Assembly: GCA_902463725.1 (NCBI GenBank)
Contig: CABQGK010000006.1
Span: 92,121-156,120, forward strand
Origin: an uncultured Sutterella sp.
GTDB lineage: Bacteria; Pseudomonadota; Gammaproteobacteria; Burkholderiales; Burkholderiaceae_F
Direction: 5' to 3'
Length of the DNA: 64,000 bases
The notes beneath the pieces were generated by a model, which saw nothing but the letters and a program-made list of their open reading frames with translations, was not told the DNA's origin and did no database searches. Of this stretch, positions 19,620 to 28,232 are shown piece by piece (position 1 is the first letter of the stretch; each line of letters begins with the position of its first letter). A program made the position numbers and the translations under genes.

Positions 19620-22115
19620 CTATTTTTTTAGGGCATTAGCAATTTTCTCGAAAATGATGCCCGTGACGGACTGAGCATCGAGCCCTTTGGCTGCAAAACG
19701 CCCATCTTGATAGGATACGTTTTCAAGAATGAGTTTGCGGCTGAAGGCTTGATCAACTTTTTCTAGTCTTTGCGCGGTCTTCTCGTGCCCCGTAGCTTTA
19801 GCTAGCAAGGTGACAATGCTCACTGCTTGCTGAGCCCGACGAGTTTCCTTGACTTGGGGCTGTTCGATTTCAATTCGTGAAATCCGCACATCAGGTTGAG
19901 CACCACTACGAGAAAAGTCGATACCCTTGAAGTAACCACTGCTCCAACCGCCGAGCAATGTGTTTCGCGGCGTTGTGAGGCTCAGTTCGGTGAGCATCAT
20001 GTCGCCTTTGACGGCTGACTTTGTGACGCCTTCACGCTGCTGCAAACGGAGTTGCCCAAGTGCGGTAAGCGAGCCACTACGAACCCCGAAGCCCGCCTCT
20101 CGGACAAAGAAGGAAGAGAGTTCTTTGAGTTGGACAGCCTCGAGCTTGAGATTGCTCTCAAATGAGTTATCGCGAGCGTCAAATGTGCCTTCTCCCGAGA
20201 TCTTACCCTGTGCAAGGGTCGTGCTAAACGTCAAGGGTGACGGTGCAGTTGCTGCTGTGCCGAGAGCTTTTGCGCTTACGTTCAAAGGGGTAACACTAAA
20301 GGCGACCGTTGGTCGGGCACTTTGATCGGCATAGCGCACGGAGCCATTGACGAGTTGTAACTCATTGATGAGCCACCGCCAATTGTTCGAGGTTGATGTG
20401 CCTGTAGAGGAGGTTTCCTCTTTGCCTGATTCACTCCCAGCAGCATTACTTCGCTCAAGCAGTGGTGAAAACAGGCTATTGAGATTGAGACCACTACGGT
20501 AGACCGTCAGGGCGAGCGCAGGGGAATCCAGTCGTAAATTCTTGAGGGTGGCGCGACGTTGATCAAACGATACTTTATCGATCAGAGCGTTTGCCTCTTT
20601 AAGCGCGAGAACCACATCACGCCCTTGTTTGATCGTGAACCCCGTAAGCGCGGCATTCCCACTGAGAGAGGGAACCCCGTCTTGGAGGACGATTTGTAGA
20701 GAGCTCGCGAGTGTGCCCGCCACAGATCCCCGCATCATCGTTTGGATGAAGGGGCTAGTTGGGGCAAAGTTGATTTGCCGAGCGTTCACGGCAATATCGC
20801 CACTCCAGTTTTGTGCGGTGAGTTTACCGTTTGCCGTGATTTCTCCGCCAAGCAACTTACTCGAGAACGCGAGCGTTGCTGGCTCTGAATTGGTCGCATT
20901 CGATAGTTCGGCGAGCGTTGCATTCACATCCGTAAGACTGATGGTGGGAAGTTTACGGATTGCAGGGTTAACAAAATCGAGTTGCGCTTTCCCTAGACGT
21001 AGTTCGCCGATGTGCCAATGCCAGTCTCCGAGGCTTGTATCGGCATTGGACGGCAACGATTGCACACTCTCTGAGCTTGCGCTAACAGAGTTAGATGTGT
21101 TGCTTAGAAGCACACTATCGGTAGGTACCGTCATGCGGACATTGTCGAGCGAAAAGCTTTCAATATCGGCATTGCGTTCGATGACATCAAGTTGCTTTAT
21201 TTTGAGTGCAGTGTTCCCTACGGTTAAGAAATTATCCGTACGGTTACCGTTGGTTTGTGTGGCAGCTAGGTTACGTAGTTGTGCCGTCCCATTAAGCAGA
21301 AGCTTGCCTGGATTGCCCCCTGTTGGGTTTCTAAAAATAAACGTCATATCGGTCGAGAGACGACCGTTTGTGAGTTTAAAGGCGGGGTTATTTAACGCTG
21401 GCACGAGCTTCGTGAACGATGTGACATCGAGATCTTTAATACGAAAGTTAAGGCGTGCTTCTAGGGTTGTGCCAAACGGTTTTGTTGAGCCGGTGGCGTA
21501 GATTGTACTGCCATTGAGATTAAACGAGAGCGAGGGCGTCACAAGACTTTCTTGCACACCGGGTAATGTACTGACGAAGGGCAGTGTCAGGTTGAAGTCC
21601 GTAATCGACTGGTCAAGCCCATTGGCTTTGTCAGTGAAATGCACCATGGCATTTTTGACGGCAATGTTGTAGAGCGCAAAGTCTGGCCAGCTTTTTGTCG
21701 TGCTCTTTGTTGGCGTGAGTACTGCGTCATCATTTTTCTCTGGGTGTAGCCAAGCACGGATGTCGGGATCAGAGAGGGGGACTTCTGCTTTTAGCCCGTC
21801 AATCGTTACCTCGTCCAATACCGGCGAGAGGTGTCGAACGCTTTGTGAGGAGACGTCTAACCGTAGCAGAGGTACGCGCAGCAGGGGTAAGGCATCAGGC
21901 GTTATTGCAGCAATTTCTAGTCCTTGAATCTCCAGTAGCCACGTCCATGGGTTGAACGTGACATGGGTTATGCGGACTGTTCGGTTAAGCGAATGGCCAA
22001 CTCCCCGCTCGAGAGATGTCTTCACGAGGTAGGGGACGGCGACGTAACCGCCAGCCGTGTAAAGCACCGCACCTAATGCTACCGTGACGGCCGCCATATT
22101 GAAGATTCTTGCCAT
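19620..22115 (-). CDS. DUF748/AsmA-like repeat envelope protein
   Basis: N-terminal TM, VTFNPWTW, LPFVSTLP, repeated beta-rich modules (GSVRYAD, W..I.EL.L); start uncertain (22115 or 22178). Confidence 0.7.
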   Translation of the reverse strand: MARIFNMAAVTVALGAVLYTAGGYVAVPYLVKTSLERGVGHSLNRTVRITHVTFNPWTWLLEIQGLEIAAITPDALPLLRVPLLRLDVSSQSVRHLSPVLDEVTIDGLKAEVPLSDPDIRAWLHPEKNDDAVLTPTKSTTKSWPDFALYNIAVKNAMVHFTDKANGLDQSITDFNLTLPFVSTLPGVQESLVTPSLSFNLNGSTIYATGSTKPFGTTLEARLNFRIKDLDVTSFTKLVPALNNPAFKLTNGRLSTDMTFIFRNPTGGNPGKLLLNGTAQLRNLAATQTNGNRTDNFLTVGNTALKIKQLDVIERNADIESFSLDNVRMTVPTDSVLLSNTSNSVSASSESVQSLPSNADTSLGDWHWHIGELRLGKAQLDFVNPAIRKLPTISLTDVNATLAELSNATNSEPATLAFSSKLLGGEITANGKLTAQNWSGDIAVNARQINFAPTSPFIQTMMRGSVAGTLASSLQIVLQDGVPSLSGNAALTGFTIKQGRDVVLALKEANALIDKVSFDQRRATLKNLRLDSPALALTVYRSGLNLNSLFSPLLERSNAAGSESGKEETSSTGTSTSNNWRWLINELQLVNGSVRYADQSARPTVAFSVTPLNVSAKALGTAATAPSPLTFSTTLAQGKISGEGTFDARDNSFESNLKLEAVQLKELSSFFVREAGFGVRSGSLTALGQLRLQQREGVTKSAVKGDMMLTELSLTTPRNTLLGGWSSGYFKGIDFSRSGAQPDVRISRIEIEQPQVKETRRAQQAVSIVTLLAKATGHEKTAQRLEKVDQAFSRKLILENVSYQDGRFAAKGLDAQSVTGIIFEKIANALKK

Positions 22116-22301
22116 TGTCGTTCCTGCTGAAGAGCCCTTACGGAGTGATTCATTCATTTTGGCACATTTTTGGTACATCGGCGTTTACGCCAAGCGGCAA
22201 CAGGGTTGCTGGCGCTTGGGGCGTGGGCGATGCGCCAAAACAAACGGGAGGGTGCTTTTGGAATCACACCACTCCCGAAGAATGACCGAACTTGGCAGTG
22301 T

Positions 22302-23780
22302 TTATTCAGACTTACGCTTTAGTGCCGCTGTCGGGCTATTGGTGAAGTCCATCTCGTCGTAGGAGACGACGCGAGTTTTGTGGATGAACTTGTAGCCGAG
22401 CCAAATTGCCAAAAAGAGCGGGATGCTGATGTAGGTAGCAATGATGCTTTCCCACTGGATCTTCTCTGCAATGAAAGCCTCGTAGTTTTGCCCTAGCATG
22501 ATGAGCATGCATAGGGTAAACGCAAATAGTGGGCCGTACGGGAAGAAGCTTGAACGGTAGGGCAGATCATCCAAGCTGTAGCCCTGATGCACATAACCTT
22601 TGCGGAAACGGTAGTGACTCACTGCAATACCTAACCAAGCAATGAAGCCGCACATACCGGAGGTATTGAGGAGCCACAGGTAAACCGTTTGGTTTTTAAA
22701 GAGCGAAGTAAGAAAACAGAGTGCTGCAATTGCAGTGGTAGCCAGCAGAGCGTTGAAGGGCACGCCGTGTCGTGTGAGTTTGGCAAAGCACTTTGGAGCC
22801 TGTCCGCGTAGCGCAAGCGTAAAGAGCATACGTGTTGAGGCATACATCCCAGAGTTACCTGCAGAGAGGATAGAAGTGAGGATGACTGCGTTCATGACGG
22901 TTGCTGCCGACAGTAACCCAGCCTTCTGAAAGAGCAAAGTGAAGGGGCTCACACTGATATCGGATAGATCGTTTTTGAGCAGGTTCGGATCGGTGTAGGG
23001 GATAATGAGGCCGATGACGAAAATGGCGAGCACATAAAAGAGCAGAATGCGCCAGAAGATTTGACGGACAGCCTTAGGGATATTTTTACCAGGGTCCGAT
23101 GATTCGCCTGCAGCAATGCCGATGAGCTCTGTTCCTTGGAATGAGAAACCCACAATCAGCGAAACACCAATGAGGGCAGGGAAACCGCCGACGAATGGTG
23201 CATCGCCAACACGCCAGTTAGCCCAGCCAGCGGGTGTCTGTCCCTTAAAGATGCCAATGATCATCAGTAACCCTGTGATGATCAGTACCACGACGGTAAG
23301 CACTTTGATCAGGGAGAACCAGTACTCCGCTTCACCAAAAACTTTGACTGAGGTGGAGTTGAGTAAAAAGAGTACGCCTAGAAAGAGTGTGCTCCAAATC
23401 CAGCCCGGCACATCGGGTAACCACCAACTCATGACGAGTTGAGCCGCTACCAAGTCCACAGCAATGGTGATGGCCCAGTTGTACCAATAGTTCCAACCTA
23501 GCGCAAAACCAAAAGCGGGATCAACGTAGCGGGCGGAGTGGGTGGCAAAGGAGCCGGATTCTGGCATGAAGGCGGCGAGTTCGCCGAGGCTCGTCATCAG
23601 AAAGTAGACCATCAGGCCGATGATGGCATATGAGAGCAAAGCACCACCTGGGCCCGCCATAGCGATCGTGGCGCCGCTAGCCACAAAAAGCCCTGTCCCG
23701 ATGGAGCCGCCAATAGCGATCATCGTGAGGTGTCGTGCTTTGAGGCTTCGTCGCAAACCTGTGTCTTCGGAAGCGGTCAT
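22302..23780 (-). CDS. lysP: Lysine-specific permease (APC family)
   Basis: LRRSLKARHLTMIAIGGSIGTGLFVASG, GEAEYWFSLIK, FSFQGTELIG; lysine riboswitch upstream; start ATG 23780 with GGAGA SD. Confidence 0.93.
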   Translation of the reverse strand: MTASEDTGLRRSLKARHLTMIAIGGSIGTGLFVASGATIAMAGPGGALLSYAIIGLMVYFLMTSLGELAAFMPESGSFATHSARYVDPAFGFALGWNYWYNWAITIAVDLVAAQLVMSWWLPDVPGWIWSTLFLGVLFLLNSTSVKVFGEAEYWFSLIKVLTVVVLIITGLLMIIGIFKGQTPAGWANWRVGDAPFVGGFPALIGVSLIVGFSFQGTELIGIAAGESSDPGKNIPKAVRQIFWRILLFYVLAIFVIGLIIPYTDPNLLKNDLSDISVSPFTLLFQKAGLLSAATVMNAVILTSILSAGNSGMYASTRMLFTLALRGQAPKCFAKLTRHGVPFNALLATTAIAALCFLTSLFKNQTVYLWLLNTSGMCGFIAWLGIAVSHYRFRKGYVHQGYSLDDLPYRSSFFPYGPLFAFTLCMLIMLGQNYEAFIAEKIQWESIIATYISIPLFLAIWLGYKFIHKTRVVSYDEMDFTNSPTAALKRKSE

Positions 23781-23897
23781 ACGTTTGTCTCCAAATGTTT
23801 TTGGTGTTTTTTGAAATAGGACAAACTCAGCTGATCTTCGATTGCAGTGTTGACCGTCTGTGAAGGCGCAACCCCCAAGGTGGCCAATGCTCAGATC

Positions 23898-24071
23898 GAT
23901 AGCGCCTCCGGCGGATGTCGTCAACAGTCCGCCGGGAGTGACGACTCTCTTAGTAGTCGTCCCCAACAACGCCTTCTTGCCAGAAGACGTGTTTCGGCGG
24001 TCGACTCCTTTTGGCCTGCTCCGTCGGGTGCCCCCTTCGCAGACTTACTATTAATCGACCGCACCTCTATC
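23898..24071 (-). promoter_or_regulatory. Lysine riboswitch (L-box)
   Basis: Minus strand GATAGAGGTGC...AGTAA...AAAGG...CGCCGAA...TTGGG...GGAGGCGCTATC; ends pair (GATAG/CTATC); upstream of lysP. Confidence 0.88.
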
Positions 24072-24393
24072 TGTCACACATGAGCGATTATCTATGGCAA
24101 GCAAAGCATCCACCATAGGACATCACCCCTGCATTGTACTGCGGATATTTCCATCTATGGGGAAGATTTTTTAAGTGCTGGCTTCAGGCGGCTGTGCCCA
24201 TAATGCAGCTCCGCTCAGCCTTGTGGCAGTAGGCAGTGATCCGAGGGACAAGTTTTGACTAGGCGCGATATTCTTGGAATGATGGGCAGCGTAGCGAAGC
24301 CATCGATTCCAGTCCGCCGTGTTTCGCGCGAAGACGCGAGCCTCTTGGGTTGAAGTAAGACGTGGAAATATGGAAATTAGATGCTAGGTGGGA

Positions 24394-24756
24394 TGGTGGA
24401 GGCGGCGGGAGTTGAACCCGCGTCCGGAAACCTTTTTCTGCTCTATCTACATGCTTAGACGATCTATTTGAGTTTCATCAGCGGGTAAGCCGACCGTCAG
24501 GCCAGCCCGATGACTAGATGGCTTAGATTTCGGAGGTGAACCACCAACCTGAACAACTCCTAGACTCTTGAGATGATGTTGCTGCTAGTTACCTAGCCAG
24601 GCTCAGAGTCCAGCCTGTGCAACATCTCGCTAATTAAGCAGCGAGAGCGAAACGCGTATTGTTGGCGTTTGTTTGTGTGCAGCTTTTTTTCGAGGCTACT
24701 GCCACTCGACATGCAAGACACAGCGTCCGCGTCCCCGTCGAAACCAAGGCGCCCCC
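24394..24756 (-). ncRNA. ssrA: tmRNA (one-piece), tag (A)ANNTRFALAA
   Basis: 5' GGGGGCG...TTCGAC; 3' TTCAACTCCCGCCGCCTCCACCA with G3:U70; tag ORF 24666-24634. Confidence 0.96.
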
Positions 24757-24831
24757 ACTGTGAGTATTTGATGCTAACACAGTTTGATGTGTACTGCAAA
24801 TTGAGCACCATGTTCAATGCTTGCCGATCGA

Positions 24832-25515
24832 TCAGCAGGTGGTTGCGTACGGAAGTGTCTGTAAACGTTGTGCCCACGCTAAGAGATCCGCTGGACGTTG
24901 AGCGTGGTAGTCAGCATTCCAACTCTTCATGTCATCGGCGCTATAGCCCCAAGCAACACTGGCAACACGCATCTGAGCGGTGTGCGCAGCGAGAACGTCT
25001 CGTTCATCGTCGCCCGCGTAGATCGCCTCGGTAGCGCTTACTTCCATGATTCTGAGCGCTTCGAGTAGTGAGTCAGGGCTCGGTTTCATCGTGCAGTGCG
25101 GCGAGTCAAAACCAAGAACGACATCAAAGATCGACTCAATCTCGAGAGCCTTTAGGAGTTGTCGCGTGAGGGCTTCGGGTTTGTTGGTGACAATACCTGT
25201 AGCAATACCCGCTTGGCGTAACCCAGCAAGGAGTTCACTGATGCCATCAAAGAGCACTGTACCCGTTGTGATATCTTCGGCGTAATAGCGAAGAAAGTCC
25301 GCGCGTAGTGCCTTAAATCGTTCGTGCTCAGTGGTGATGCCAAGGCCACGTCCGAGCATACCTGGAGCTCCACGACTCACAAAGGGGCGAAGGACCTCTA
25401 GTGGGAGTGGGGTCTTGCCCTCGTCGATGAGTACACGATTGGCTGCGTGGACTAATGTTGGAGCGGTATCGATCAGGGTTCCATCAAGGTCAAACAAGAA
25501 GAGTTTCAGGGGCAT
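24832..25515 (-). CDS. HAD phosphatase (Gph/MupP-like)
   Basis: FDLDGTLIDT, VTNKP, KPSP, YAGDDERDV. Confidence 0.9.
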   Translation of the reverse strand: MPLKLFLFDLDGTLIDTAPTLVHAANRVLIDEGKTPLPLEVLRPFVSRGAPGMLGRGLGITTEHERFKALRADFLRYYAEDITTGTVLFDGISELLAGLRQAGIATGIVTNKPEALTRQLLKALEIESIFDVVLGFDSPHCTMKPSPDSLLEALRIMEVSATEAIYAGDDERDVLAAHTAQMRVASVAWGYSADDMKSWNADYHAQRPADLLAWAQRLQTLPYATTC

Positions 25516-25561
25516 GGCAACAAAACGGACGATGACGCCGTCATAGAGCATCGAAAGTCAA

Positions 25562-25599
25562 CAAAATGAAACCCTCGACAACAGAGTCATCGAGGGTTT
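25562..25599 (-). terminator. Terminator after ompA
   Basis: AAACCCTCGA/TCGAGGGTTT with minus-strand T-rich tail; second hairpin at 25613-25640. Confidence 0.6.
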
Positions 25600-25647
25600 G
25601 CACTGTCATTCATGAGCGCTCCCCGAGGGGAGCACGCTCACGCCAAA

Positions 25648-26328
25648 TTACATGGCGGGGCGGGAACCCACGACTTCGACCACAGCGCGGCGGTTCGGAG
25701 CCAAGCACTGAACGAGTTCGCGGAAGTTCTTGATCTGACCCTTCTTGGTCGGATTCGGGCAGTTGACCACAGGGTCAGCCTTGCCGTAGCCAACGGTCTT
25801 GATCAGGTTGGCGCTCACACCCTTGCTGACGAGGTAGGCCTTGACGGCTTCAGCACGACGCAGGGAGAGTTTTTCGTTGTAAGCATCCTTACCGATACGG
25901 TCGGTGTAGCCAGAGGAGAGGATGACTTCAACGTCAACGCCAGCGAGAGCGGCAACGAGGTCATCAAGAACGCGCTTGCCTTCGGGCTTGAGATCAGCCT
26001 TGTCGAAGTTAAAGAGCGTGTCAGCGGCGAACGTCACCTTTTCAGCGGCCTTGGCCTTGGGAGCCGGAGCGGCGGCAGGAGCCGGAGCGCAAACAGCGGC
26101 AGAGAGGATGTCAGCGTCACAAGCGCAGCCTTCACCATCACGACCCTGAGCTTCGGCGAGAGCCGGAGTCCAGAAGCCCGTGCGCCAGCAGAGACCGGTG
26201 GAGTTCTTGACGATCTGACCATCCGTCGAGTGAACATAGGGACTCGTGGCGTCGGCAGCGAAAGAAGCGCCCGACACCGTCAGCATCATGGCGGCAACAA
26301 GACCACCGAGCTTAAGAGAAGTTTTCAT
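25648..26328 (-). CDS. ompA: OmpA/RmpM-type peptidoglycan-binding outer membrane protein
   Basis: Signal peptide, GLCWRTGFW, AP linker, GYTDRIG...NEKLSLRRAEAV, PNRRAVVEV; start ATG 26328. Confidence 0.92.
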   Translation of the reverse strand: MKTSLKLGGLVAAMMLTVSGASFAADATSPYVHSTDGQIVKNSTGLCWRTGFWTPALAEAQGRDGEGCACDADILSAAVCAPAPAAAPAPKAKAAEKVTFAADTLFNFDKADLKPEGKRVLDDLVAALAGVDVEVILSSGYTDRIGKDAYNEKLSLRRAEAVKAYLVSKGVSANLIKTVGYGKADPVVNCPNPTKKGQIKNFRELVQCLAPNRRAVVEVVGSRPAM

Positions 26329-26610
26329 TGTTTTTATCCTCAAAAAGTACAGGAAGCTAAAACGGAAAGGACGATTTGTCGCCGACCTCATCAGCGTTAC
26401 CACTGAGACCGGCATCCAAATAGCCAAATTCTAACCTTTTACAGTAGGTCCGCCAACCAAAGAGTCAAGTACCCACAACCTAAGGCAACTGGCTGACCCA
26501 TTCTATGGAGTCGGTTCGACCCATAGAGTTTGAAAATCATTGATCGACGTTACGCACATTTTGGCAGATTCTCCAAGAACGTGCCACTGCTACGCGCCAC
26601 TCAATGACAA

Positions 26611-27927
26611 TCACGCCTTATTTTGCCATTTACGAGACAACTCTTTGATCGAAGTGACTGTTTTTTGACGAGAGTCGTATGTTTTCTGTTGCTTATTTGC
26701 AATTAGACGCCCAGCCACCCACGTGTGGGTGATGTTTTCTCGATCGGAGGCGTAGAGAACTTGTGCTGCCGCATCACTGACTGGCAGTGTGTTGAGAGCC
26801 TCTAGGTTGATAGCAATGAGATCGGCGGCTTTGCCACGTTCGATACTGCCGATCTCATGATCCCACTGCAACGCTCTCGCCCCGCCTAGGGTCGCCGCTT
26901 CGAGCATATCTGCTACGCGAGCACGTGTGGTGTCCCCAGCAACGGCTTTGGTCAACATGGCAGCCAAGCGGGTTTCTCCGAGAAGGTCGAGTTTGTCGTT
27001 GCTCGCGACCCCGTCGGTGCCAATGCCAAGGTTAAGGCCTAGCTCTAACGCCTTGGCAACAGGTGCAAAGCCGCTCGCGAGCTTCAGATTTGAGCAAGGA
27101 CAGTGGCACATGGAGGCGCCAGCTTCGGCGAGCGCCGAGAGTTCTTCCTCCGTAGCGTGGACGTTGTGAACGGCAATGAGTCGCTCATTGAGTAGGCCGA
27201 GGCGCTTGAGACGCTCTAAGGGTCGAACACCATGCTCTTTGAGTGAGCCCAGCACTTCGTCACGAGTTTCGTTGAGATGGATGTGAATGGGAATGTTGTA
27301 CGAAGCGCTAATTTCCGCTGAGCGCGCAAGCGACGCGTTGCTCACTGTGTAGGGAGCATGGGGGGCGATTGTTGTATGGACGAATTCATCATCGCGGTGT
27401 GCTTCAATCAGAGCGATACCCTTGTCGAAATATTCGGCATCATCTTTGGCCCAAGCGCTCGGGAACCCAATGACCATGGCAGAGACTGCGCAGCGCAGAC
27501 CCGCTGCACGTAAACCCTCTGCCGCGGCTTCAGGAAAGAAGTAATGGTCTGACGTGCAAGTGATCCCACTTTCAGCCATCTCTAGCCCAGCCATGTAGGA
27601 GCCATCACGCACGAAATCGTGGCTCATGAGTTTGCCCTCCACGGGCCAGATGGCTTTATTGAGCCAGTCCATGAGGGCAAGGTCGGGGCCCAGACCTCGG
27701 AGAAGGTTCATGGCGGCATGGCTATGAAGATTGACGAGGCCTGGCATCACAACGCTACTCTCTAGCGTTATGCGTTCAGCGGGTTCATACTGCTTGCGAG
27801 CAAGCGCAGTGGGCAGTACATCAAGGATGCGACCAGCGTGCACCACCACTGCATGATGCTCGAGGGTGGTGTTTTTTGGCACGATAGGAATGACCCAACG
27901 TGCTTCGATGATAGTATCGACTTGCAT
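26611..27927 (-). CDS. TRZ/ATZ-family amidohydrolase (MtaD-like MTA/SAH deaminase)
   Basis: PGLVNLHSH, APHAPYT, HIHLNET, SNLKLASG, GTDGVASN. Confidence 0.88.
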   Translation of the reverse strand: MQVDTIIEARWVIPIVPKNTTLEHHAVVVHAGRILDVLPTALARKQYEPAERITLESSVVMPGLVNLHSHAAMNLLRGLGPDLALMDWLNKAIWPVEGKLMSHDFVRDGSYMAGLEMAESGITCTSDHYFFPEAAAEGLRAAGLRCAVSAMVIGFPSAWAKDDAEYFDKGIALIEAHRDDEFVHTTIAPHAPYTVSNASLARSAEISASYNIPIHIHLNETRDEVLGSLKEHGVRPLERLKRLGLLNERLIAVHNVHATEEELSALAEAGASMCHCPCSNLKLASGFAPVAKALELGLNLGIGTDGVASNDKLDLLGETRLAAMLTKAVAGDTTRARVADMLEAATLGGARALQWDHEIGSIERGKAADLIAINLEALNTLPVSDAAAQVLYASDRENITHTWVAGRLIANKQQKTYDSRQKTVTSIKELSRKWQNKA

Positions 27928-28232
27928 GAATTCTTCCTTTGAAAGTGCGGGTGAGCTTGGAGGTCAATACGCCGCTTTTGATGTCATTGTACTTTGGCAG
28001 AGGTTAGCTCATACCTGATAGAATCAATTATTTAAGATAAGATGGCAGCCGCTTGGGAGCCGACATCTAGCGTGCGTTGTTAAACGCACGCATTGTTGTC
28101 GTGTGAGGGTCGATGTGACTCTGTGGATTGAACGCGTGTCTGCCTCAGAGACTACGGATTTTGTTTGTAAGCCGATACGTGGGCGAAGGTTCACGTATTT
28201 TTCGTGCGCAAAATTGCTGAAGGGAGTCCTCG

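Noticed and set aside
20629..21501. 290-aa + strand ORF
   Set aside because: Antisense shadow of the DUF748 gene with no recognisable motifs.
23781..23969. 63-aa N-terminal extension of LysP
   Set aside because: Overlaps the riboswitch; the real start has an SD at 23780.
24593..25034. ORFs overlapping ssrA
   Set aside because: Explained by tmRNA and the HAD gene.
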